The notes under the pieces: generated by a model
What the model saw: only the letters and a program-made list of their open reading frames with translations
Databases searched by the model: none
What the model was told of the DNA's origin: nothing
Shown here: positions 55,264 to 64,000 of the stretch, piece by piece
Position numbering within the stretch: position 1 is the stretch's first letter
Layout: each line of letters starts with the position of its first letter
From: a virus
Length of the DNA stretch: 64,000 nucleotides
Strand: one strand, 5' to 3'
IMG/VR virus record: IMGVR_UViG_3300031787_000005
Position numbers and translations under genes: made by a program

Positions 55264-58200
55264 TTAACCAGGTGCCATAGATAAACTAGTTATAGACTGA
55301 CCAGCATCCAATCTAAACCTTATTAAAATAACATTGTCAGAACTTTGAGCAGTGTTTACTGTTCCCAAAGTCAATTTTCTAGCTGAAGATGTAGATCCAG
55401 GAGCACCACAACCATTTGTACCATTACCACCAGCTCCAGTGCCAGGAACACCAGCACCAGCATAAGCAACTTGTCCATTAGACCATCCATTAGTAGCACT
55501 ATTCGCAGTTGTCCAGGTGGTGTTAGTAGGAACATTCATCCATAATCCAGCATAAGTGCCAGTTATATTAATAGTCACCCAGGCGCCACCAGTTGTTGCT
55601 CTAGTAACTTTATATGTTATGTATTGAGCACCAGATCTTCCGACAGAATAATTTGGTTGAGTTGCAGATGGAAAATATCCTGTAGTATAATCAATCTGAT
55701 TATGAGATAAAACTCCCCCAACAATTGCTGCTTCATAAAGTGGGAGTGTTGCTGCTTGTGCCCAAATACCTGCATAGTCTCCACTCGTATACGTTGGGTT
55801 ATCATTCGCACTTAGAGAAAAAGTTCGAACAATATTTCCGGTTAATCCAGTCAATGTAGTTGGTAGGATAAGTTCATCTGGTTTATTACCAGATGAAGTT
55901 CCAGAATAGAGTAAAATACTTCCAGTATATGATGGTGTACCGGCGGCAGTTCCATATGGTGTAGTAATTGTTGCTGATCCAAAATGTGCTGAACTAACTA
56001 TTTGAAATTGACTATTTACTGGAACAAAGCTTGTAGTATGAGTTACGTTTGATGCCACACCATAATTTTGTGCTGGTGGATTTGCACCACCAGTAAAGTC
56101 AGTATAAGTCTTAGTCATTGCACCATACCAAGAAGGAGTTCCAGATCCAGCATTAATGTTAACTGGATTATCTTGGTACATATCTCCAGTTAATTTTCCA
56201 CATGTTAAAACTGCAGTAAAAGCATTGCTTGCATTATTGTCTAAATGTTTTACACCAGAAGAATTTCTAATATTTGGAGATGCTGGGGGAGACACTGTTC
56301 CCCAAGATATTGTTGGTGCCCCTGGAGAACTATAGTCTTGATACCAAACATTTGAACTATTTTTTGTCGTTGTATAAGTAGCACTATCAATTTGTTCTAG
56401 ATAAAATACATTAAATCCATTAGGTATTGGTGGAGTTCCATTTGTTGTTATTCCACCAGAACCAGAACTACCAATTTTAGCATCAAAAATATTGTAGAAT
56501 CCAGCACTAATTGCTTTACCATTTACCTGCTTCGCGGCAGTCGTACCATCATAGTAAAGGAAGGCATCTCGATCAGTTGAAATATATAATCCCTGAGTTC
56601 CCGTATTACCATTGGGTAAGAAAGTTCCCATGTCAATTCCAGTCGTCATGGTTCTTAAACCAACAACTGTATTATTCATATATGCTCTTAATGTTCCACT
56701 TTCTGCAACTCCACGATGTTGAATAGTGCTAGAAGACATTGATGCATTTCTATTTCTAGCATAAGATGTTCCTGCAGTTGGTGTAATAACTCCTCCTGTA
56801 TTATTTGTTGGTGTAAAGTTGCAAAGTTTATAAGTTCCAGACGCTGTATATCCGGTAATACCAGAAGAACTACCAGATAGTGTTAGTGTATTACCACCAT
56901 ACGTTGCATTAGTTTCACCAATAGTTGGTGGAGCACCTGGTACAAGTTTTCCAAGAATAGTATTTAAACTATCCACAGCATCAGTAACAGTTGTAGTTGT
57001 TAGAAGTGTTGCTGCACCAGCTAACGATCCGTCTGTAGGAGTACCTAGTTGAATAGCATTACCAACACCACCTCCACCACCTCCAGATCCAGTTACAGTA
57101 ACAATGCCAGCAGATAAAGCAGATACACTTAAGTTAGCACCAAAATCAATTGATGATGCTGTACCTACTAGAGTACCATCATCCCTAATAATGACTCCAG
57201 ATCCTGTGGCAACGATTCCGGTTAGACCCGAACCATCACCAACAAAAGATGTTGCTGTTAATGTACCAACTACTCTTGCACCACCAATAACGTGTAGTTT
57301 TGATGTTGGATTTGTGGTTCCTATGCCAACATCAAAGTTCTCATTACCAACAATCCAATACTTGGAATCATTAGCATCAGTTCTTACACCAATAGCAAGT
57401 TGTCTATCTTTAGTTGTGTCTGGAGAATCAAAGACATTTCCAAAAGGATCACCACTTCCAATAATAATTTTGAAAGATGCATTAGCAGATAGTCCTGTGT
57501 TTCCGCCCAAATATATACTAGAATTTCCAGTTTGATTAGAAGATCCAGCAGATGCTCCAAGATAAACATTATAATCACCACTAGTATTTAATTGTCCAGA
57601 ACCATGACCAAAGGCACTATTCAAATAACCAGTAAGATTACTCTGCCCAGATGATCTACCCACAAAGGTATTATTAAAACCACCAGTATTATAATAACCA
57701 GCAACATGTCCTACAAATGTATTTCCATCACTATTGGAAAAATACCCAGATTCTTGTCCAATAAAAGTATTGTAATCCCCACTTGAGAGTGAACTTCCAG
57801 CTCCAGCACCTATTAAAATATTTCCAGATCTAGAATATGGTGATAATAATTTTCCAGTTTGCGAATCTCCTATTTTTATTTGAGATGTAGTTTCACCAAA
57901 CCAAGTATATGTACTAAATCCAATAACTCCACCAATCTCAAGTTTTGTTTGTGGATTTGTGGTTCCTATACCAACATTTGAAAGTGTATGAATACCAGCA
58001 TTTGTTGTAACCCACTGAGTGCTAATACCACTACCACCACCTCCAGATCCAGTTACAGTAACAATGCCAGCAGATAAAGCAGATACACTTAAGTTAGCAC
58101 CAAAATCAATTGATGATGCTGTACCTACTAGAGTACCATCATCCCTAATAATGACTCCACCACCAGGAAGATTAGTTAATCCAGATCCATCACCAACAAA

Positions 58201-58857
58201 AGATGTTGCTGTTAATGTACCAACTACTCTTGCACCACCAATAACGTGTAGTTTTGATGTTGGATTTGTGGTTCCTATGCCAACATTACCAGAAATATAT
58301 ACCCCTAATGTTGTAGTTGCAGTTCCAATTTGAAGTGCTTGGTTTACTGTCCCAGTAGAAGTTCCAGAACCTATGATTTGGGTTCCCAGCAACCAAAAAT
58401 TTCTAAATCTCGAAGAAGATCTTCCTAAATCAACTGCGCCAAGACTTGGACTAAAATCTCCAACATTTGAATCAACTATATTTGCAGTAAAATCAATGAA
58501 ACTTACGTTTCCAGCAGCAAAATTTAGTTTTCCACCGTTTATCCCATTACTTCCACTAACATAAGATGGAGCAGAGCTGCCCCCCCAACAAATCATGTAA
58601 TTAGAAGTTAAGTTTATATCTCCAGCATTAATAGCTAGTTTTAGGGTTGGTAGACCAATTGATGCTGGATTGGTTACTCCAATTCCAAGAGGACCTTGTA
58701 CATAACCGCCACCAGTAACTTGAAGATTTTGTGATGCTGTTCCAGTTGAGGTTGCAGATCCAACAATAAATGGACCAATTCCTACCTCTACTTTACTCGC
58801 ATTGATTATATTTCTACTATCATCAATAATAGTTGAGCCAGATATCTTAATTGCCAT
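55264..58857 (-). CDS. Tail fibre protein (1197 aa) with internal duplication
   Basis: VGIGTTNP modules, N.F.G..SG beta-helix repeats, duplicated GVIIRDDGTLVGTASSIDFGANLSVSALSAGIVTVTGSGGG; ATAAATA at about 58880..58886. Confidence 0.8.
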   Translation of the reverse strand: MAIKISGSTIIDDSRNIINASKVEVGIGPFIVGSATSTGTASQNLQVTGGGYVQGPLGIGVTNPASIGLPTLKLAINAGDINLTSNYMICWGGSSAPSYVSGSNGINGGKLNFAAGNVSFIDFTANIVDSNVGDFSPSLGAVDLGRSSSRFRNFWLLGTQIIGSGTSTGTVNQALQIGTATTTLGVYISGNVGIGTTNPTSKLHVIGGARVVGTLTATSFVGDGSGLTNLPGGGVIIRDDGTLVGTASSIDFGANLSVSALSAGIVTVTGSGGGGSGISTQWVTTNAGIHTLSNVGIGTTNPQTKLEIGGVIGFSTYTWFGETTSQIKIGDSQTGKLLSPYSRSGNILIGAGAGSSLSSGDYNTFIGQESGYFSNSDGNTFVGHVAGYYNTGGFNNTFVGRSSGQSNLTGYLNSAFGHGSGQLNTSGDYNVYLGASAGSSNQTGNSSIYLGGNTGLSANASFKIIIGSGDPFGNVFDSPDTTKDRQLAIGVRTDANDSKYWIVGNENFDVGIGTTNPTSKLHVIGGARVVGTLTATSFVGDGSGLTGIVATGSGVIIRDDGTLVGTASSIDFGANLSVSALSAGIVTVTGSGGGGGGVGNAIQLGTPTDGSLAGAATLLTTTTVTDAVDSLNTILGKLVPGAPPTIGETNATYGGNTLTLSGSSSGITGYTASGTYKLCNFTPTNNTGGVITPTAGTSYARNRNASMSSSTIQHRGVAESGTLRAYMNNTVVGLRTMTTGIDMGTFLPNGNTGTQGLYISTDRDAFLYYDGTTAAKQVNGKAISAGFYNIFDAKIGSSGSGGITTNGTPPIPNGFNVFYLEQIDSATYTTTKNSSNVWYQDYSSPGAPTISWGTVSPPASPNIRNSSGVKHLDNNASNAFTAVLTCGKLTGDMYQDNPVNINAGSGTPSWYGAMTKTYTDFTGGANPPAQNYGVASNVTHTTSFVPVNSQFQIVSSAHFGSATITTPYGTAAGTPSYTGSILLYSGTSSGNKPDELILPTTLTGLTGNIVRTFSLSANDNPTYTSGDYAGIWAQAATLPLYEAAIVGGVLSHNQIDYTTGYFPSATQPNYSVGRSGAQYITYKVTRATTGGAWVTINITGTYAGLWMNVPTNTTWTTANSATNGWSNGQVAYAGAGVPGTGAGGNGTNGCGAPGSTSSARKLTLGTVNTAQSSDNVILIRFRLDAGQSITSLSMAPG

Positions 58858-58901
58858 TTACGTTACCGTCGTCGTGTTTCCACTGGGTATATTGTTATTA
58901 T

Positions 58902-61900
58902 TTATGATAGTTTTGACTTCAATTCATTTATCTGATTTTGTTGCTCTTTCACAACTTCAATCAGAAGACCGATCAATCCATTATAGTTAACAGACTTGAT
59001 TCCATCATTAGATTCATTAACAAGTTCTGGCATAATTTTCTCAATTTCTTGTGCTAGAACACCCGCAGAAGACTGGCAACTTTCCTTCCATTCGAAGTTG
59101 ACACCTCGAATTGACATGACCTTTTCAAGTGGATCTTTAATTGTGCGTACATTATTCTTCAATGCAGCATCAGAACTTGAGTTAAAGTCTGTCGCAGTAA
59201 CAACCCCAACAACTAAAACATCTCCAATTACATGAAGTTTTGAGGTTGGAGTTGCAGTTGCAATACCAACGTTTGATGTTGTGTTAATTCCAGCGTTTGT
59301 TGTAACCCATTGAGAAGAACCACCACCTGTACCTTCATTAAGAATATAAATTACACCACCCATTGCTGCATGAGCAGTACACTGATAATATAAAGTAGAT
59401 GGAGCGTTATGTCTAACTTCCCATGTTAGAGTTCCATTCAAAACATCATTGTTTGTAATACCATCATTGTATTGAGTTCCTAAAGAACCATTTGGAGTGC
59501 TCTGAATTCTAAATGGATGAGCACCCATTGTGTTTGTAAACCTGTATTTTTTACCCCTAATTAAATAAATTGTTGGATCAAATTCACTTCCAGTAAAACC
59601 AGGTCCAGTAAAAGTATAATCACTGCTGCCGTTAGAACCAAGAGTCCATTCAGTATATAAATCATCTTTCGCAGTTACAACAGTTGCTGTTAAAATTCCA
59701 ACAGAAATACTATTTGAGGTTGTATTACCCCTGTTAGTAACACTATTAAGTGTGTCAGTTTCAGTGTAAGAAGTAAGATATATTGAGGAATCGACTGATC
59801 CATCTGCCTTCAGGAATTGACTTGATGTTCCACCGGACTTAACAAGTGATGTTGCTGTTAAAATTCCAACAACTCTAACATTACCCAAAACATCTAATTT
59901 AACATTTGGATTTGTGGTTCCTATACCAACATTTGAAAGTGTATGAATACCAGCATTTGTTGTAACCCACTGAGTGCTAATACCACTACCACCACCTCCA
60001 CCTGTTGCAGTGAATGTTAATGATTTTGGATTACTAGTATTGTTTGCTACGATTGTTATTCCACTACCAGCAACGAGGTTTAATGTTTCTTCACCAGTAG
60101 CTTGTACTTTATCATTAACATTACCACCAATAATTATTGGGTTGAATGATGATTCAGAGTTAATCAGAACTTCACCATTACCAAGATCTTGGACAGCAAA
60201 TGGTGCTTTTGCAAATCTGATTGCTCTAACATTAGAAACTGCATCAGTAGAGTTAATACCAGCAGTTCTAGTACCAACTGTTAATGCAAACCCAACTCCA
60301 GTTAGTCCAGAACCATCACCATAAATCTTATAAGCAGTGACAATACCAGCAGCCAATACCGCTGTGTTAGCGGATGTTACGACAGCAGTTGGATTTGTTG
60401 TACCTATACCGACATTAGAAAGTGTATGAATACCAGCATTTGTTCTTGTCCAAGTTGTGCTTCCAGCAGAAACACCAATCAGTGAAGAACCATCTCCATA
60501 AAATTTGGTTGCACTGACAATTCCAGTTGTACCATAAATCGTTACACCAGATCCAACCTTAAGAACATCTGTTGTACCATCGAGTGTAATTGAGGCGGTG
60601 CCAACTGTTAGAATTCCTGTAACTCTGGCATTACCAGTTACAACAAGTTGAGTTGTTGCTCCACCAACAACAGTATTTCCAAAGGTAGCAATACCAGTAT
60701 ATCTGATATTTGTGCCACTCAGAGTTGTGACTACACCAGTAACAATATTACCAGTGGTAGCATTAAGTGTAGTTAAGTTACCAGTCGTATAAGTGGCGTT
60801 AGAACCACTTAAGGTTGTGACTACGCCAGTAACAATATTTCCAGTCTGTAAAGTACCAGTATTATAGAAGGCATTAGTACCAGAAATCGTGGTAACAACA
60901 CCAGTAACTATGTTTCCAGTCTGAAGGGTACCAGTATTGTAGAAGGCACTAGTACCACTAAGTGTGGTAACAACACCAGTAACAATATTTCCAGTCTGTA
61001 AAGTACCAGTATTATAGAAGGCATTAGTACCAGAAATCGTTGTTACAATACCAGTAACAATGTTTCCAGTCTGTAGAGTACCAGTATTATAAAAAGCATT
61101 AGTACCCGAAATCGTGGTAACAACACCAGTAACAATGTTTCCAGTGGTAGCATTAAGTGTAGTTAAGTTACCAGTCGTATAAGTGGCATTGGTACCACTG
61201 AGTGTGGTAACAACACCAGTAACAATGTTACCAGTGGTAGCATTAAGTGTAGTTAAGTTACCAGTCGTATAAGTGGCATTGGTACCACTGAGTGTGGTAA
61301 CAACACCAGTAACAATGTTACCGGTCTGAAGGGTACCAGTATTGTAGAAGGCACTAGTACCAATAAGTGTGGTAACAACACCAGTAACAATGTTACCTGT
61401 TGTGGCATTGGCAGTACCAAAGTTACCAGTGGTATAAGTCGCATTAGAACCACTTAAGGTTGTGACTACGCCAGTAACTATGTTGCCAGTCTGAAGAGTA
61501 CCAGTATTATAAAATGCATTAGTACCAGAAATCGTAGTAACAACACCAGTTGCAATATATCCAGTAGTAGCATTAATCGTTGGTAAGTTTGATGTACCAG
61601 TAACATTCAAACTTCCAAGTGTACCAACAGAAGTCAGTGAAGAGTTTACAACACCACTCCCAAGAGTTGTAGAACTTAAGACTGATGTTCCATTAATCTC
61701 ATACTGCTTACCAGAAACAAGGTTCCAATCTTCACTTGATGTCAGAGCACTAGCAGTATTATTCCAAGTGATTGTCTTACGAATACCAGTAGAACCAATG
61801 CCAATTCCAGCACCATCAAGAAGAGCATTAGTTCCTACAGTAGTTGCAATACCTACATTAAAATCAGCAAGTTCAATTGTTGTAGAGTTGACAACAAATT

Positions 61901-64000
61901 GAGTACCATCAACATACAAGTCACCTTTAATTCTTACTGCACCAGTATTATCTCCAACTGCTGCCGGATCAATAATAAGTTCTGAAGGGCCTTGAATTTG
62001 ACCAGTTAATTTAATATCACCAACTACATCTAATTTTGATGTTGGATTTGTGGTTCCTATTCCAACAGAACCAGAAACATAAGCACCACCATTAACCTGA
62101 AGTGGTTGTGATGCTGTTCCTGTTAAACTATTTGTATTAATTAATGTTGTACCATTAACGGCAAGTTTTACTGTTGGGTTTAATTGAGTATATCCAACAC
62201 CAACATTACCAGTTGCTCTTGCAATATTGAGTGCATACTGAACTACTGAGTTTTCAAGAGTTCCAATTGTAAATGTATCTTGAGAACTATCATATCTTAT
62301 GATACCTCCGTATGCGGGAGTATCAAATTCTGTAATAACAATATCTCTTGTTCCAGTTCCACCAGAACCCCCATCAATTCTTAATAGAGTTCCTTGAGTT
62401 CCACTAATATGAAGTGGGTTTTGTGGATTTGTATTTCCTATACCAAGATTACCAGAAACATAAGCACCACCAGTAACTTGAAGTCTTTGTGATGAGGTTC
62501 CTGTTAGTGTTCTGGTTCCAATCAAAAGTGAATTTGATTCTATTATATTAGAAGTAGAACTCATCTCCAAGAATGTAGTGACTCCTATTACCGCACCAGA
62601 ATAATTTCTCCTATTTCTAAATATTATTCTTTCATTGGTATCAACATCATCATTAACTTCAAGAACTAAAGATCCAGTATTTGTTCCAGATGGAGATTCA
62701 CCAAAGATTTGCCATCCATCATTATCACCCATTGTTTGTCTAATGGCATATTGTGGATTTGCAGTTGTTGTTCCAAATCCAACACCAGTTGGATTTTGTG
62801 GGAGAAGCAGTGCAGCATTTAAATTAACATTACTTGCAAAAGTAGAAACACCAGAGACATTTAATTGAGTAACTGATAAGGTTGTTACGACACCAGTAAC
62901 GATATTTCCAGTGGTAGCGTTAAGTGTGGTTAAATTACCAGTCGTATAAGTGGCATTAGAACCACTTAAGGTTGTTACGACACCAGTAACGATATTTCCA
63001 GTGGTAGCGTTAAGTGTGGTTAAATTACCAGTCGTATAAGTGGCATTAGAACCACTTAGAGTTGTGACTACACCAGTAACAATGTTACCCGTTGCGATTG
63101 TAGCAGTTCCAGAAGTGAATAATGTCGTTACGATACCAGTAACAATGTTACCGGTCTGAAGGGTACCAGTATTATAAAAAGCATTAGTACCAGAAATCGT
63201 GGTAACAATACCAGTAACGATATTACCAGTAGTAGCATTGGCGGTTGTAAAGTTTCCAGTGGTGTAAGTTGCGTTAGAACCACTAAGTGTGGTAACAACA
63301 CCAGTAACAATGTTACCCGTTGCGATTGTAGCAGTTCCAGAAGTGAATAATGTCGTTACGATACCAGTAACAATGTTACCAGTCTGTAAGGTACCAGTAT
63401 TATAGAAGACATTGGTACCACTGAGTGTAGTAACAACACCAGTTACAATGTTACCTGTTGTGGCATTGGCAGTACCAAAGTTACCAGTGGTATAAGTGGC
63501 ATTAGAACCGCTAAGTGTGGTAACAACACCAGTAACGATATTACCAGTAGTAGCATTGGCGGTTGTAAAGTTTCCAGTGGTGTAAGTTGCGTTAGAACCA
63601 CTAAGTGTGGTAACAACACCAGTAACAATGTTACCAGTCTGTAAGGTACCAGTATTATAGAAGACATTGGTACCACTGAGTGTAGTAACAACACCAGTTA
63701 CAATGTTACCTGTTGTAGCATTAGCGGTTCCAAAATTACCAGTGGTATAAGTGGCATTAGAACCGCTAAGTGTGGTAACAACACCAGTAACGATATTACC
63801 CGTTGCGATTGTAGCAGTTCCAGAAGTGAATAATGTCGTTACGATACCAGTGACAATTCTACCAGTCTGTAGAGTACCAGTATTGTAGAACGCATTGGTA
63901 CCAGAAATCGTGGTAACAACACCAGTTACAATGTTACCTGTTGTAGCATTAGCGGTTCCAAAGTTTCCAGTCGTATAAGTGGCATTGGTACCACTTAAGG
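58902..64000 (-). CDS. Long tail fibre with Thr/Gly repeat arrays and C-terminal S74 chaperone; 5' end beyond window
   Basis: Frame of track ORF 58902..62732 continues without stop through ..ANPQYAIRQT to the window end (LSGTNATYTTG at 63998); C-terminal SSDAALKNNV..GVLAQEIEK..VNYNGL. Confidence 0.85.
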   Translation of the reverse strand, partial: LSGTNATYTTGNFGTANATTGNIVTGVVTTISGTNAFYNTGTLQTGRIVTGIVTTLFTSGTATIATGNIVTGVVTTLSGSNATYTTGNFGTANATTGNIVTGVVTTLSGTNVFYNTGTLQTGNIVTGVVTTLSGSNATYTTGNFTTANATTGNIVTGVVTTLSGSNATYTTGNFGTANATTGNIVTGVVTTLSGTNVFYNTGTLQTGNIVTGIVTTLFTSGTATIATGNIVTGVVTTLSGSNATYTTGNFTTANATTGNIVTGIVTTISGTNAFYNTGTLQTGNIVTGIVTTLFTSGTATIATGNIVTGVVTTLSGSNATYTTGNLTTLNATTGNIVTGVVTTLSGSNATYTTGNLTTLNATTGNIVTGVVTTLSVTQLNVSGVSTFASNVNLNAALLLPQNPTGVGFGTTTANPQYAIRQTMGDNDGWQIFGESPSGTNTGSLVLEVNDDVDTNERIIFRNRRNYSGAVIGVTTFLEMSSTSNIIESNSLLIGTRTLTGTSSQRLQVTGGAYVSGNLGIGNTNPQNPLHISGTQGTLLRIDGGSGGTGTRDIVITEFDTPAYGGIIRYDSSQDTFTIGTLENSVVQYALNIARATGNVGVGYTQLNPTVKLAVNGTTLINTNSLTGTASQPLQVNGGAYVSGSVGIGTTNPTSKLDVVGDIKLTGQIQGPSELIIDPAAVGDNTGAVRIKGDLYVDGTQFVVNSTTIELADFNVGIATTVGTNALLDGAGIGIGSTGIRKTITWNNTASALTSSEDWNLVSGKQYEINGTSVLSSTTLGSGVVNSSLTSVGTLGSLNVTGTSNLPTINATTGYIATGVVTTISGTNAFYNTGTLQTGNIVTGVVTTLSGSNATYTTGNFGTANATTGNIVTGVVTTLIGTSAFYNTGTLQTGNIVTGVVTTLSGTNATYTTGNLTTLNATTGNIVTGVVTTLSGTNATYTTGNLTTLNATTGNIVTGVVTTISGTNAFYNTGTLQTGNIVTGIVTTISGTNAFYNTGTLQTGNIVTGVVTTLSGTSAFYNTGTLQTGNIVTGVVTTISGTNAFYNTGTLQTGNIVTGVVTTLSGSNATYTTGNLTTLNATTGNIVTGVVTTLSGTNIRYTGIATFGNTVVGGATTQLVVTGNARVTGILTVGTASITLDGTTDVLKVGSGVTIYGTTGIVSATKFYGDGSSLIGVSAGSTTWTRTNAGIHTLSNVGIGTTNPTAVVTSANTAVLAAGIVTAYKIYGDGSGLTGVGFALTVGTRTAGINSTDAVSNVRAIRFAKAPFAVQDLGNGEVLINSESSFNPIIIGGNVNDKVQATGEETLNLVAGSGITIVANNTSNPKSLTFTATGGGGGSGISTQWVTTNAGIHTLSNVGIGTTNPNVKLDVLGNVRVVGILTATSLVKSGGTSSQFLKADGSVDSSIYLTSYTETDTLNSVTNRGNTTSNSISVGILTATVVTAKDDLYTEWTLGSNGSSDYTFTGPGFTGSEFDPTIYLIRGKKYRFTNTMGAHPFRIQSTPNGSLGTQYNDGITNNDVLNGTLTWEVRHNAPSTLYYQCTAHAAMGGVIYILNEGTGGGSSQWVTTNAGINTTSNVGIATATPTSKLHVIGDVLVVGVVTATDFNSSSDAALKNNVRTIKDPLEKVMSIRGVNFEWKESCQSSAGVLAQEIEKIMPELVNESNDGIKSVNYNGLIGLLIEVVKEQQNQINELKSKLS
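60720..61560. repeat. Coding repeat array (TGNIVTGVVTTLSG units)
   Basis: About 10 units of 75 or 90 bp. Confidence 0.9.
62880..64000. repeat. Second coding repeat array of the same family, continuing past window end
   Basis: Units of about 60, 75 and 90 bp sharing ccagtaac.at.tt.cc. Confidence 0.9.

Noticed and set aside
62730-62732. Start codon of the last fibre gene as given in the ORF track
   Set aside because: The frame stays open upstream to the window end, so this Met is internal
53161-64000. CRISPR array or DGR variable repeats
   Set aside because: All repeats are in-frame coding units with no unique spacers, no adenine-specific variation pattern and no reverse transcriptase in the window

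Overview
A 64-kb segment of a T4-like cyanophage (Kyanoviridae-type myovirus, probably freshwater Synechococcus/Cyanobium host). Almost all genes are on the minus strand. Layout: (1-16.5 kb) accessory region of small ORFs with a complete FabF-like ketosynthase, five 2OG-Fe(II)-type oxygenases, RmlB, a cupin and an SF2 helicase; (16.6-25 kb) two large fibre/structural genes; (25.3-25.6 kb) three tRNAs (Leu-UAA, Met/Ile2-CAU, Ile-UAU); (26-40.6 kb) baseplate/tail module (split gp5-like genes, gp27-like, M23 peptidase, gp51, gp26, gp54, and plus-strand gp4, gp2, gp48, gp53); (40.5-45.7 kb) Mom-like gene, gp32, gp59, gp33, exonuclease, phoH, thyX; (45.8-48.8 kb) small genes and regulatory RNA elements; (48.8-64 kb) four repeat-rich fibre genes, the last truncated by the window end. 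The most striking feature is a putative nitrogen-sensing cassette at 46.2-47.0 kb. A sigma70 promoter with an NtcA box at a repressor position precedes two tandem glnA-type (glutamine riboswitch-like) aptamers, each split so that a whole mini-ORF lies inside its P2 loop, and these lead into a DUF4278-like (YRG-motif) gene. Also notable are a stand-alone ~99-nt sRNA with its own consensus promoter and terminator, the phage FabF next to a beta-hydroxylase, a circularly permuted M23 domain, and a shared upstream box at two promoters lacking a -35. Family assignments come from motif recognition by eye; no database searches were run.
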